DNA of 64,000 nucleotides, taken from assembly GCA_024137785.1 (NCBI GenBank), contig JAHRHZ010000223.1, positions 15,734,967-15,798,966 on the forward strand, written 5' to 3'. Position numbers and translations under genes: made by a program. Positions 13,099 to 24,391 of this stretch are shown here, piece after piece. The first letter of the stretch is position 1. Each line of letters opens with the position of its first letter. Under the pieces are notes generated by a model. That model did not search any database and had not been told where the DNA came from. It saw only the letters and a list, made by a program, of their open reading frames with translations. This DNA comes from Ginglymostoma cirratum (Eukaryota).

Positions 13099-13395
13099 GA
13101 CAAACTATTCGACAAGAAATCCAAGCACTGTTAGGCCTTGGGTTCTGAGTTTTCAAAACTACATTTCCAAGGTTCAAAATAGGAACTCATATGTGATCCA
13201 GGGCTGCGGCTTGAAGACCTTGGGGGCAGACTGTACGGGTTTGCTGAAGGAGGAGGTATGATTGCCTTCTCTTGTTATATGTAGGTTCAGAAGCAAAATA
13301 CCACTTAACTACATTTCCTACATTTTTGAATAACAATCGATTGTATTGTAATCATTTCCACCCTGGCAAGGCCAATTTTTGATTTTTTTTTCACA

Positions 13396-13680
13396 GAATC
13401 ATAGAATTCCCACAGTGTGGAAAGAGGCCATTTGGCCCATCGAGTCTGCACCAACTCTCCAAATAGATCCCAACCGTATCCCTGTAATCCTGCATTCCCC
13501 ATGGTTAACCCAACTAACCTGCACATCTCTGGACTGTGGGAGGAAATTGGAGCACCCAGAGGAAACCCATGCAGACACAGGGAAAACATGCAAACTCCAC
13601 ACAGTCACCTGGAGCTAGAATCGAACCTAGGTCCCTGGTGTGGAGAGGCAGCGGTGCTAACCACTGAGCCACTGTGTCAT
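13396..13680 (-). mobile_element. tRNA-derived SINE, HE1/V-SINE-like
   Basis: Reverse complement has A box agtggctcagtggttagca, B box ggttcgattc and tail gggaattctatgattct. Confidence 0.8.
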
Positions 13681-13959
13681 CTGTGAAGGGTTTAATATTA
13701 CTGCCTTCATAACCACTCATCTGAAGACCGTGCCATTACTACTCTCTTTTGTTTGCATTATCATCCCTTTGACATTACTCACTCATGATGTTGATACATT
13801 CACAGATCTTCCCTTTGGTTCTCTCCTGGTCTCCCACTACCTTTCCCTGCCTCTGGACTTATCAAAAGTCATTACATCTCTCTAAACTTTTCCAGTTCTG
13901 ATGACAGGTCATTGACTTAAAACATAGTGTTCAAATTTAACAGAATTGGCTTATTAGAG

Positions 13960-15183
13960 TTTCACGGAGGGTTCCTCTGTGCGAGGCTTAGCTATTTCTC
14001 TCACTATTGTTCCAGACTCACCTCATTACCTCTAAACCATGCCATATGGTGCTCCACTCTTCTTATTCATCCACTCACTAAGTGTGAGGACTTGGCATGC
14101 GAGGATCCCTGATTCCAATGCCATATTTAAAAGGCAGTCCAACACCAGGTCAAGTACTGGCAGCCGCGAGAGCCCTCCATGGTTTGTTTTAATGTCCTCA
14201 GACATGGCAGGCAAGGAGATATTTGTGTCCTACTTTATGGGCAAGGACCTGGAGGCTCTGCTGGACAGGGGTCGTGCTTAGCCAAACCGTGCTCTTCTCG
14301 AGGTTGGCAAAGGTGGCTCTGGTGCCAGACCTCACCAGCCTGGTCTGAGATTGCCACCTGAGTCACTGCAGTGTCGATAAAAATGTGTGGCATTGAACTT
14401 TCCCACTTTGCCAGGGCAGGCACCATCATCACCTCTCTGCTTCCAACTCACACTCACTCACTCTTTACTCCTGTACATAGCTCTCACTAAAGCTCATGGT
14501 CTATCACTCCTACCGTCACATGCAGTATCATCGCCCACCACAACACCACCAACCCCCTGACCAAGTCTACTAACCACATACATCCTCTGCTCTGCCTACT
14601 TGTTCACACCTCATCAGATGCCCTGACTGTGCCAGCAGCAAAAGCTACGCAGGCACATTTATCTCAATCAATCCCTTCCTTCTCTCACTCCAGGAGAAAA
14701 GGGCCCACAATAGGATGGAGGAAAGCCAAGATGGGAGGTGGAGTGGCCTGATGTTCGGATCATTACCCCCTACGAGGAGACAAGGACAGGGTTTGTTCAT
14801 GCGATGATATAAAAACATCATGTCCTGGCAGTCAAGTAGGAAGCACTGTCCATTACTCTCTCATCACTGAGAATGAAATCTTAAGATGCTTGAACGTCTG
14901 TCTATCCCTTGTTCGCTTCACTTACTAGTGTCTCCTGAAGATATCAGTAGTGTAGCAATGATAGATGCCATTGCAGTAGACTGGGAGACTGCATAGCAAT
15001 GAGATGAGATGCTAATGTGTCTCACCACTCACGAGTGAGAATCATGTCTCGATGTTTAACATTTGGGTGGAAGATGGCACTTCTTCCTCTCAAAGGTGAG
15101 GAGCTTCTCGCTGGCCATCACACACGATTCTCTCAACTTTCTCGCCAATACCCAAGTCGTTCAGGGGCTGGGAAGATTCTGCC
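13960..15183 (+). mobile_element. Possible PIF/Harbinger transposon remnant (Myb/SANT-like ORF start)
   Basis: MAGKEIFVSYFMGKDLEALLDRG resembles the FSxxDLExLLxxV start of Harbinger Myb/SANT proteins. Heavily decayed; boundaries uncertain. Confidence 0.35.
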
Positions 15184-16522
15184 AATCAAATTTGTTTCTC
15201 TCTCTTGAAAGATTCTGCCTTACCAACTGAGCATTGAGCATTTTCTGTTTCTGATTAAATTAATTCTTAACATAATTGATTAGTTGGCATTGGTTGAGGG
15301 AGCAATGTCAGTGAGAACGCCCCTTTCAGACCATGCCCTGGGATCTTGAATGATCAACTACATTGATAGGCCTTAGCTGAACATCATACTCAATGAAAAA
15401 CATTTCTAATGATGTATACAGTGTTAATCTAGGTTGAGAGCTCAACCTTAAGCCTGACTTTAGCCGCTAAACAAATAATACTGCCACCAAATTGATTGCT
15501 ATAAGTACTATTTGACTTTTCAGTTAGGTCATGTCATGTTAAGATGATTGCCATTTGTAATGAATGAGATGGCTTAGTCAGTTACTCTCCTGTATCTTAT
15601 ATCCCATCTTCAGATTATGACTACTGCTCATGCTCCAGTGGGCCCTGTAATACAGCGCTCCTCAAACTTGTTTAGTTGAGAAGTCCCTTTCAATTGTGTT
15701 AATAATCATAGAACCTTGATGTGATTCATGATTGCTACATGTACCTAAGCACAGTGAAAAGTTTTGCTTTGCATGCAATAGAGTAGATCATAAACAAAGA
15801 CGCAAAGATCTTAGGATGATTGAACAGAACGAGGAATACAAAGTTACAGCTGCAAGGAAGTTATATAAAAAGTAAGATCAACATTAGATTTGAAATTTGA
15901 GAGCTCCATTCAGAACCTCATGTAAATTACACAGCACAATGCTCATAAAGAAGTGCTGTGTGTAAACAGTATTTGTAGCATTTTTGAAAAATTGATATCT
16001 CCTTCCATGCTGCTCTTAGTGTTCCTCCAGGCAGACTACTCCCCAGGTAAGACAAACACTGCAGGACCACTCTACACTGCCTGTATAGCAACCAAGTTCT
16101 CCTCCTGCGTTGGACTTTGATTTTGGGGATGTTACAGTCTTACCAGTTTGAGAACTACTGTTCTAACACAGAGAAAGGAGTCAGTCGAAGGAGTGGAGCA
16201 GAGTATCAAAATAATAGATGTGTTTTCTTAAAGTTGGAACCACTGTGGCTAGAATTATATTGCACTGAAAGAGGCCATTCATCTCAACAATCCTGTTTTA
16301 GCTCTCTGAAAGAGTTAAAAATTGGTCCCACCCCCACAGCTCAATCTTATAATCTTGCATTATGTTTTCTTTCACTAAAAATTTGTAAAATTCCATTTTG
16401 ATCTTTTTTAATACATCCACTAGCATCACCCTTTCAAAAAGTGTATTTCAGATCTTAGCTTGTTGCATAAACAAATGTCTCCTATCCTCACCTCCTCGCT
16501 CACCAACCTTTTACAAATACTT

Positions 16523-16830
16523 TGGGTGGCATAATGGCTCTGTAGTTAGCACTGCTGCCTCACAGCACCACAGACCCTGGTTCGATTCCAGTTTAGGGCA
16601 ACAGTCTGTTTGCACATTCTCTCTGTGTCTGCGTGGGTTTCCTCCCGGCGATATGGTTTATTCCCACAGTCCAAAGTGTTGCAGGCTAGGTGAACTGGCT
16701 GTGCTAAAATGCTCATAGTGTCCAGGGATGTGCAGGTTAGGCAGCTTAGCCATGTGAAATGTAGGGTTACAGGGATAGGGTGGGCAAAGTGGGTCTGGGT
16801 GGGACTCGATTGGCTGAATGGCCCACTGTA
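16523..16830 (+). mobile_element. tRNA-derived SINE, HE1/V-SINE-like
   Basis: gggtggcataatggctctgtagttagcactgctgcctcacagc head and B box ggttcgattcc. Confidence 0.8.
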
Positions 16831-17004
16831 TGGCTTGATTATTTGATCTGGTTACTGATCCTCCAAAACTTCGAATAGATTCTCCCTCTTCACTCAATCC
16901 AAACCTGCCAACATTTTGAACATCTCACTGTAGTTGTCCCTTTACCTTTTCCGCTCTTAGAAGAATAATCTCAATTCCTACCATCACTCCACACGACTGA
17001 AGTA

Positions 17005-17197
17005 GTCAGGGCATGGAATGCCTTGCCTGCAGCAGTTGTAGACTTGCCAACTTTAAGGGCATTTAAATGGTCATTGGATAAACATATGGATGATAATGGA
17101 ATAGTATAGGTTAGATGGGCTTCAGATTGGTTTCACAGGTCGGCGCGACATCGAGGGCCGAAGGGCCTGTACTGCGCTGTAATGTTCTATGTTCTAT
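17005..17197 (+). mobile_element. CR1 LINE extreme 3' end
   Basis: tggaatgccttgcc...gggccgaagggcctgtactgcgctgtaa followed by (tgttcta)n tail. Confidence 0.75.
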
Positions 17198-18499
17198 GAA
17201 GTCTTTCATCTGCTCAATTCGACTACACAATAAAGCCACTCTGCTCTTACAGCATGGGCTTATTTCTAGCTCCTCCTTTCTCAATCTTATGAATAGAAAA
17301 ATAACATACATATTATACAAAATTTTGGAATGAAATACATTACCGTCAGCAGTCTCTGAGCACTGACATTGACAGGATTTCCACGAGAAACACGTCCTCA
17401 GAAGTATTCGGTTACAGATTGGCTCTAGCCAAATATTTTCGTTCTTCAAAATATAAACTGAAACTGCGAGAAGTGTGCAGCAGGTTGATCAACATCTTAA
17501 ACACAGTCAGGTTAAAGTTCTGGGTGTGCCCCTTCAATAGAACAAACTGTCCTGCTGTCCACTGCAATACTTTCAGTTTTTACACTGGATTTCAGCATTT
17601 GTGGTTTGCTTTTTCCTCTCCTCTAGCTCTAATTTATTTTTCTAGTTGAAAAGAAAACATTCTATTGATGGCCTCAGTCACAACATGGTTTTCAGCACTG
17701 CCCATGTGCAAAGGCTGGTTCATGCTCTAGTCCAAACTTAATCGCGTGTCAACTGACTGATGGGGAAAAACCATGGTCTATGCATTCAAATTATGCAAAA
17801 GTAGGAACAGGTTAGATGTTAGGTGGTGTTGCTTTCCCTTGATGTGTGATGGTCGCTGACTCTCAAAAACTTTCAAGGCGGAGCTGGGGCAGGGAAAGTA
17901 TCATCAGGTCAGTCAGAATGCATCAGGAGACGGCCATTCAGCCCATCTAATCCATACTCACTGTGGATCAATACAGTCTGTCCCATTCCCTTAATCCTTG
18001 TTGTGTAAGGTGACGGGGCTCTGAAAAGGTTACTGCTGAGGGGTGCATAAAGGACAGTTCAGTATGTCATCATACAAATTTTGTGAGGGTTTTGGGGGCT
18101 GGGGGTGGGGATGTCAAGTCTCGACCTTAAAGGAGATGGACTTACCATCAAGGTCATTTCAAATTCTTAGTAGAAATGTGCTGAGTGTTCCTGAAATTTG
18201 GCCAAGTGTCAATTTCAGGGAATTTCATGAAGACCTTCCTCCATGAGCCCTAGTGACTCTTCTGCCACAATTTTACACTGTTTGCTCCATTAAGTATGCA
18301 CCACAGCATTGCTTGTGTCCAGTCTTGCACTGAGGAGTCCTAAATGTACTGATCAGTGCCAGGACCATTCACCATTCACACCACAGGTGCCATATTTCAA
18401 ATGCTTCCAACCTGGTCCCAAGCAGCCCCAATTCACAGTGGCGTCCAGGAATGTGCAGCAATGCTGCAAGAAGGCTAATGACAGGGTGAGTGCCACGAA

Positions 18500-18808
18500 C
18501 CTCTCTCTGCTACTTGACACTCATTCCAACTATGCAACAGCACACACCTCTCACCAACGCTCATCAAAAGCATACCGTCTGGGTGCATGACATTTTGGTA
18601 TGGAAACTGCTCTGCCCAGGACCATAAGAAAGTACAATAGGTTGTGTGTACAGTGCAGACCATTACGGAAGCCAACCTTCTATCCATGGACTCCATTTAC
18701 ACTTCTCGTTGCCATGGAAAAGCTGCCACCAACATCATCAAAGACCCATCCCACGCCAGTAATGCTCTCCTACTACCTCTTCCATTAGGCAGAAGATGCA
18801 GAAGCTTG

Positions 18809-18878
<70 letters not shown>

Positions 18879-19110
18879 AAAACAGGTTAAAGAACAGCTT
18901 CTTCTCTGCCATCATTAGACTGATGAATGCTGATGTTAATGTTGATCTTGCTTCGTGCACCTCCTGTGCAGCGTAACCTGTACGCCTCACTCTGTCCATG
19001 CACCCTATGCTCTGTATTCCTTGCTTACTATGATCTGGCTATACTGCTTGCAAACAAAGCTTTTCACTGTACTTAGGTACACGTGATAACAAATCATATA
19101 AAATCAAATC
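18500..19110 (+). mobile_element. Rex1/Babar-like LINE 3' fragment
   Basis: Translates across frameshifts to SGCMTFWYGNCSAQD and SMDSIYTSRCHGKAATNIIKDPSH...RLKNSFFSAIIRLMN. Confidence 0.65.
18811..18874 (+). repeat. (CA)32 microsatellite
   Basis: Perfect CA run inside the LINE fragment. Confidence 0.97.
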
Positions 19111-20789
19111 ATGATCCACTCTCAGTATTGCATGCAGCACCTTCCTTTAATAGCTCTATGGTCTATCTCCCCAAACTGCTAACCCTTCCTTCATTCTGCA
19201 ACTCCTTACTCACTCACTTAGGTACCTCACAACCTTTCCTGAATAAGTGCAGGCAAACACCCTGACTGACTATTGTCCACCTTAACTGGACTAAGGATTA
19301 CTCCCCTTAGACTTTGAGACATGAGTGCTTGGTTGAAGCAACATGTTTTCCACACAATCTGCTGTCACATATCATAGATATGACATTAACATTGCACAGT
19401 GCCAGACAAATCTGCTCTCGAGCATTTAATGCTTGGATTTCTGTCTGCATTGAAAAGGCAAGGTAAAGCAAGGAAGAGATGCTGTAAACATCTAAGTAGG
19501 CAAAGTGAGTGAGCATTAAGAAAGCAAGTTCAGAGCCCACAGAATTACTTTGTTCCAATGCATGAGATGGAAGATTGTCCCTGTATATAAAATAGCCTTG
19601 AAGCAGCACTGCAAAGTGTTGGTGCGCACAGGGTGTAGTGCTCACGTGCTGAACTGTATTACAGGTTAGCCTGAGATATGCCGTAATGATGTGTTGAGGC
19701 TACTGCACTGGCAATGCCAAATTGCATGAAGAGGGTGTAGACAGTTATGGCCCAGGAAGCATGTTCTGAGGGGAAAGCTGGCCAAAGCGGATGACCATAC
19801 AACATAGAACTAGAAACAGGCCATTTGGCCCATCATGCTCTTCAATGAGATGGTTGCTGAAAAGATAATCCTTAATATCACTTTCCTACTTTTTCTCCAT
19901 AATCCTCAATTCCCTTTCTGACTCAAAATCTGGCATTCCCCCTCAGCTGTTATGCCTCACTGCAGTAGCGTGCTGAAAATAAAGATTTGTAAAGTGCGCT
20001 GAATTCCCCAATTTACCTGTCTTTTAGAGCCAGGTTAACAGAATGCATAGACCAGGTTTCTGTAGTTAATAAGGATTACTATTTATAAATTAATAGGCTT
20101 TAACCACAGGTAAACAATGATGAACTATTGACTAATAACTCTACTTGCTCAAACTTTAATTCCTTTGTAAAACTTACCCCCTACATACACATATAGATGC
20201 AGACTAGAAAGAAAACATGTGGCAGAGGGAAAGACAGGGAAACCAGTTTACTAGTATCTATTCACACAGCTCATTGAGATGACCCTTCTGGCTGGTCAGG
20301 ACATGCTGCTCCTTGATTCTACTCCTCTCAATATTTGCACTTGCTTGCTGAAGGTACTGGGTGGCTTGTTAACATTTATAAAGTTGCTGGCTTACTGGTT
20401 GACAGCCACAGGTTACACATTGCTAAGGTGTCGTTTGCGGGGGAGGGGGTTGGTGAGACTGGTTTTCTTCAGGCTTAAGGTGTTTGCTATTGCACAGTAA
20501 AGAGAAAGCTCCTGCCCTTGCACAGATTCCTCTCAAACATTCAAACCCCAAAGCTGTTTGGCTATTCAGGAGTCAATCTATTAACTGTTGTCAAGCAGGA
20601 ACACTATTATTAATAGAATTATAATTAGAATTAGCTTTATTGTCAGATGTACACAAATGAGTACAGTGAAAAGTGGACAAGTCTCCGCTTAAGGCAAGTC
20701 ACCTATATCAATTCCCTGCCTTCTAATAGTTAGCCAATCCCCTGTCCATGCTAATGTACTAAAAGGTAAAGGTAAAGTCACCATATTAT

Positions 20790-20975
20790 TACTAGACTAT
20801 AGTGTTGGTCTCTCATTAGAGGAAGATGACTGGTGGTGGTTAAACTTGAGGGTCACCATGCCTCAGGCGAAGGGAAAGGTTGAGAAGGAGAATCCTTCAT
20901 GGTAACCTCAGTGCAGGAACTGAACTCTCACTGTTGACATCACAAACCGGCCATCCAGCCATGTTAGCTAACCAA
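20790..20975 (-). mobile_element. Third tRNA-derived SINE family (second copy at 62270-62450)
   Basis: Both copies share gatgactggtggtg...gagggtcac...tccttcatggta...gctaacc. The reverse complement starts GGTTAGC, with A/B-box-like motifs. Confidence 0.6.
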
Positions 20976-21064
20976 CTCCATAATATTCTACAACCAACCA
21001 ACATCCCCTGTATTGTTTTTCAACTGCTGTGCTAGCTTCCAAGGTAAGTGCACAGCACAGCTCT

Positions 21065-22625
21065 GGAAGCCTAAAGTGCACAAGGCAGAAGTCCCCCTCA
21101 GACCCACAGTCTCCCTACCAGGCACTCCATCACACAGATTAGCCAAAGAACTACAAAGAAGAATCAGGCACCTAGTCAACAAGTCACCCCACTCTATCCA
21201 CTCAGACCAAGAATTCCTCAACTCCATCAAAGACATAAAGATACAGGATGAAGAGACCATGATATCGTCTGATGTCACTGCCTTATTCACATCAATAGAC
21301 ATACCACTAGCAAGGGAAACAAATGTCAACATTACTTGAACAAGAACACGACCCCAGTGAAACCATCTCCATGGACAACATGCTCAAACTATTGGAACTG
21401 TGCCTGACCACCCACTTCACCTTCAATGGCCAAACATATGAGCAAATCAACGGGACACCCATGGGACCACCTATCTCTGGACTCCTGGCAGAAGCAGTGA
21501 TGCAAAGACTGGAAAGGACCGCCCTTCCACAAATCGAACCTAAACTGTGGATACGCTACGTAGGCGACACCTTTGTCATCATTAAACAGACCAAATTAGA
21601 AGAGACACACAAACTTATATACAACACCCTCACCAGAATAAGATTCACCAGAGAGGCGGAGAAGAACAAACAGCTCCTATTCCTGGACGTCATGGTACAG
21701 CGCAAGACAAATGGGGAACTGCAAACGAGAGTACACCGAAAAGCCACACGCACAGACCAGGTACTGAACTTCAATAGTAACCATCCCAACACACACAAAC
21801 GAAGCTCCATGCGAACACTATTTAAAACTGCAACAACACACTGCAGCAACACGGCACTACACCAAGAGGAAGAAGAATACCTCTTCCAAGTGTTCAAGGA
21901 TAATGGATATCCAAAGAACTGGGTCAGAAGATGCCTACACGAACAGCATCAGAAAGATTCTACATGCCTAACACACTCATCACACTACCCAACACCAGGA
22001 ACATGTCAGAACTCACCACAAGACTCCTGCGACCGCTGGGCATCAGAGTGGCACACAAGCCCACGTCAACTCTACGACAACTGCTCACTCGAACTAAAAA
22101 CCCACTCCCCACCATGGACAGGACCAATGTCATCTACAAAATCCCCTGCAGAGACTGCAAGAAACACTACATCGGACAAACTGGAAGGAAACTAACAACA
22201 AGAGTACATGAGCACCAACTGGCTACAAAAAGACATGACCAATACTCACTCATCTCAATCCACATGGACAAGGAGAGCCACGACTTCGACTGGGACAACA
22301 CCAAGATCCTGGGACAGGCTAGGCAGAGACAAGCATGAGCATTCCTGGAAGCATAGCACTCCACGAAGCAGGCTATTAATAAACACATTGAACTCGACCC
22401 CATATACATTCCACTACGAAGGAAAACCAGAAGTGACGCAATTCATCTCAACAGACCACAGAGTTTGAAAACCAGGCGGGAAAACACACCGACGCTTCAT
22501 CGGAGGCTGCACTGAGGAGGTTACCAAGCATGGGAACGAAACGTCTGCAAAAAACAAACCAGCTTGGCGAGCCAACCAGCCTCAACACCCACAACTCGAG
22601 CTACAGATCTACTCCAAAACCTTAG
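21065..22625 (+). mobile_element. Penelope-like retroelement, 5'-truncated and inactive (RT plus GIY-YIG endonuclease)
   Basis: PKVHKAEVPLRP, SSDVTALFTSI, QINGTPMGPPISG, WIRYVGDTF (YVDD mutated) and NVIYKIPCRDCKKHYIGQTGRKLTTRVHEH. Two frameshifts and in-frame stops. Confidence 0.92.
22512..22545 (+). ncRNA. Minimal hammerhead ribozyme core in the 3' terminal repeat of the Penelope-like element
   Basis: tgca-CTGAGGA-G-GTTACC-AAGCAT-GGGAAC-GAAA-CGTC-tgca. Stem II has one mismatch; the flanking TGCA/TGCA can form stem I. Confidence 0.6.
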
Positions 22626-22764
22626 CAGAAATCATTCACGAGATGCTGATTGACATGCACAGAGCTTTCCAACCATTCCTGTGTAGCTTGGAGAGAACAT
22701 TGTCCCAAAAATCATTATTGTCTTATTAAATGGCCTTACGTGCAGTAATGTATCAAATGCCTTT

Positions 22765-24045
22765 TAGAAAAAAAAGAGTTCCCATTCATCCATTCGGCTT
22801 GTCATCTCCCCGATGAACACTAATAAATTTATCAAGCGATACGTTCCCTTCAAGAAACCATGTTGACTCTGCTTGATTATATTATGCATTGTTAAATGCT
22901 CTGCTATTGCATCCTGTATGATAGACTCCAACATTTTCCTTATAACAGATGTTAGGTTTACTGGCCTAGATAGATCCTGTTTCACATCTCCTTCCCTTTT
23001 TGAATAAAGATGTTACATTGGCAGTTTTCCAATCCTCTCAGCTTTTCCAAAAACTAAGGGTTTTTGGAAGATTACTTCTGGAGCATTCGCTACCTCAGTA
23101 GCTACTTCTTTAAATATCCTCGTATGCAACCGACCAGGTCCAGAGAATGTAACAGCCTTTAGCCCCACTAGCTTCGCTAATGATAGTTTCCTCAAATGAT
23201 CATTATGTTTGCTTTCTCCCCCACCTTGGGCCCCTTGAATATTTGGTATTTTTGGAATGCTATTAGTGTCCTTTACCACGAAGACTGATGCAAAGTGCTT
23301 ATACTTAATCAGGGTAGGTGATGGCCTAGTGGTATCATCGCTAGACTACTAATCCTGAAAATCAGCTAATGTTTTGGGGTCCTGGGTTCGAATCCCACCA
23401 TGGCAGATGCTGGAGCTGGAGCTTCAATGACAAAAAAAAAATCTGGAGTTAATAATCCACTGATCACCATGAAATTGTTGACTGTCAGAAATGCCCATCT
23501 GGTTCACTAATGTCCTTCCTTCAGGGAAGAAAAGCTGCCATCCTCACCTAGTCTGGTCTACATATGACTCCAGACCCACAGCAATGTGGTTGACTCTTAA
23601 CTGCTCTCTGAAATGGCCTAACAAGACATTCAGTTGCACCAATTGCTACAAAGTCTCTGCAGAGGTTCAAGAAGGCAACTCACCACCACCTTCTCAAAGG
23701 CAACTAGGGACAGACAATAAATGCTGGCCAGCCAGCGAGGCCCACAACCCACAAATGAATAAAAATCAAAATTACAGCTCCTCCGCCTTTTCTGGGTTCC
23801 CTGTTATTATTTCCCCAGTCATTTTCTACGATCACTTTGGCCTCTCTCTTCCGTTTTATGTTCTTAAAAAAACTCTTACTGCCCATTTTTGTATTATTTG
23901 CTGGGTTACCCTCAAAGTTTAATTTTCTCTCTCTTTATTATTTTTTGGTCATCTTTTGTTGGTTTTTCCAACTCTCCCAATCCTCTAGTTTACCACTAAC
24001 CTCTGCCGCATTCTATGCTTTTTCTTTCATTTTGATTCTTTTTGA
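22765..24045 (-). mobile_element. Degenerate CR1 ORF2 fragment split by a SINE
   Basis: RPVNLTSVIRKMLESII...IKQSQHGFLKG and SFFKNIKRKREAKV. Confidence 0.75.
23315..23765 (+). mobile_element. Second SINE family, near full length
   Basis: A box gatggcctagtgg, B box gggttcgaatccc, conserved core and LINE-derived tail ggttcaagaaggcaactcaccaccaccttctcaaagg. Confidence 0.8.
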
Positions 24046-24391
24046 CACAATGGACGCCCAGAGAAGATGAAGAACTACAACCCCTTTGACTTTCAAGTGG
24101 GAATTGAAGCTGCTAGTTTCTCTCTGATACTTGGGAAAATTGCAACATGCTGATGATACATGTTACAAAGCAGACATTAGAAGGATGTTTCCTCATATAG
24201 GGCAGTCTAGAATGACAGGTCATAGTTTTAGGTTAAGGGGTAGCAAATTAAATACAGAGATGATGAGAAATTGCTTCTCTCCAATCTTCATGAATCTGTG
24301 GAATTATTTATCCCAAAATGCTATGGATTCCAGACAATTGAGTAAATTTGAAAGAAGAGATAGACAGATGTTTAATTAATAATGGGTTGAA

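Noticed and set aside
13600-13680. tRNA genes at A/B-box sequences
   Set aside because: All such boxes are SINE heads continuing into SINE cores; none forms a full cloverleaf with a terminator.
18644-18999. ORFs with THTH or CVCV runs
   Set aside because: Artefact of the (CA)32 microsatellite.
19948-20760. Second possible solo LTR starting TGTTATG
   Set aside because: No matching right end with a target-site duplication could be identified.
21406-21414. Perfect GLI site GACCACCCA
   Set aside because: It lies within Penelope RT coding sequence (LTTH codons) and is best explained by the element consensus.
21323-22195. 290-aa ORF as an active or domesticated RT gene
   Set aside because: Catalytic YVDD is YVGD, the element is 5'-truncated, and it is frameshifted on both sides.
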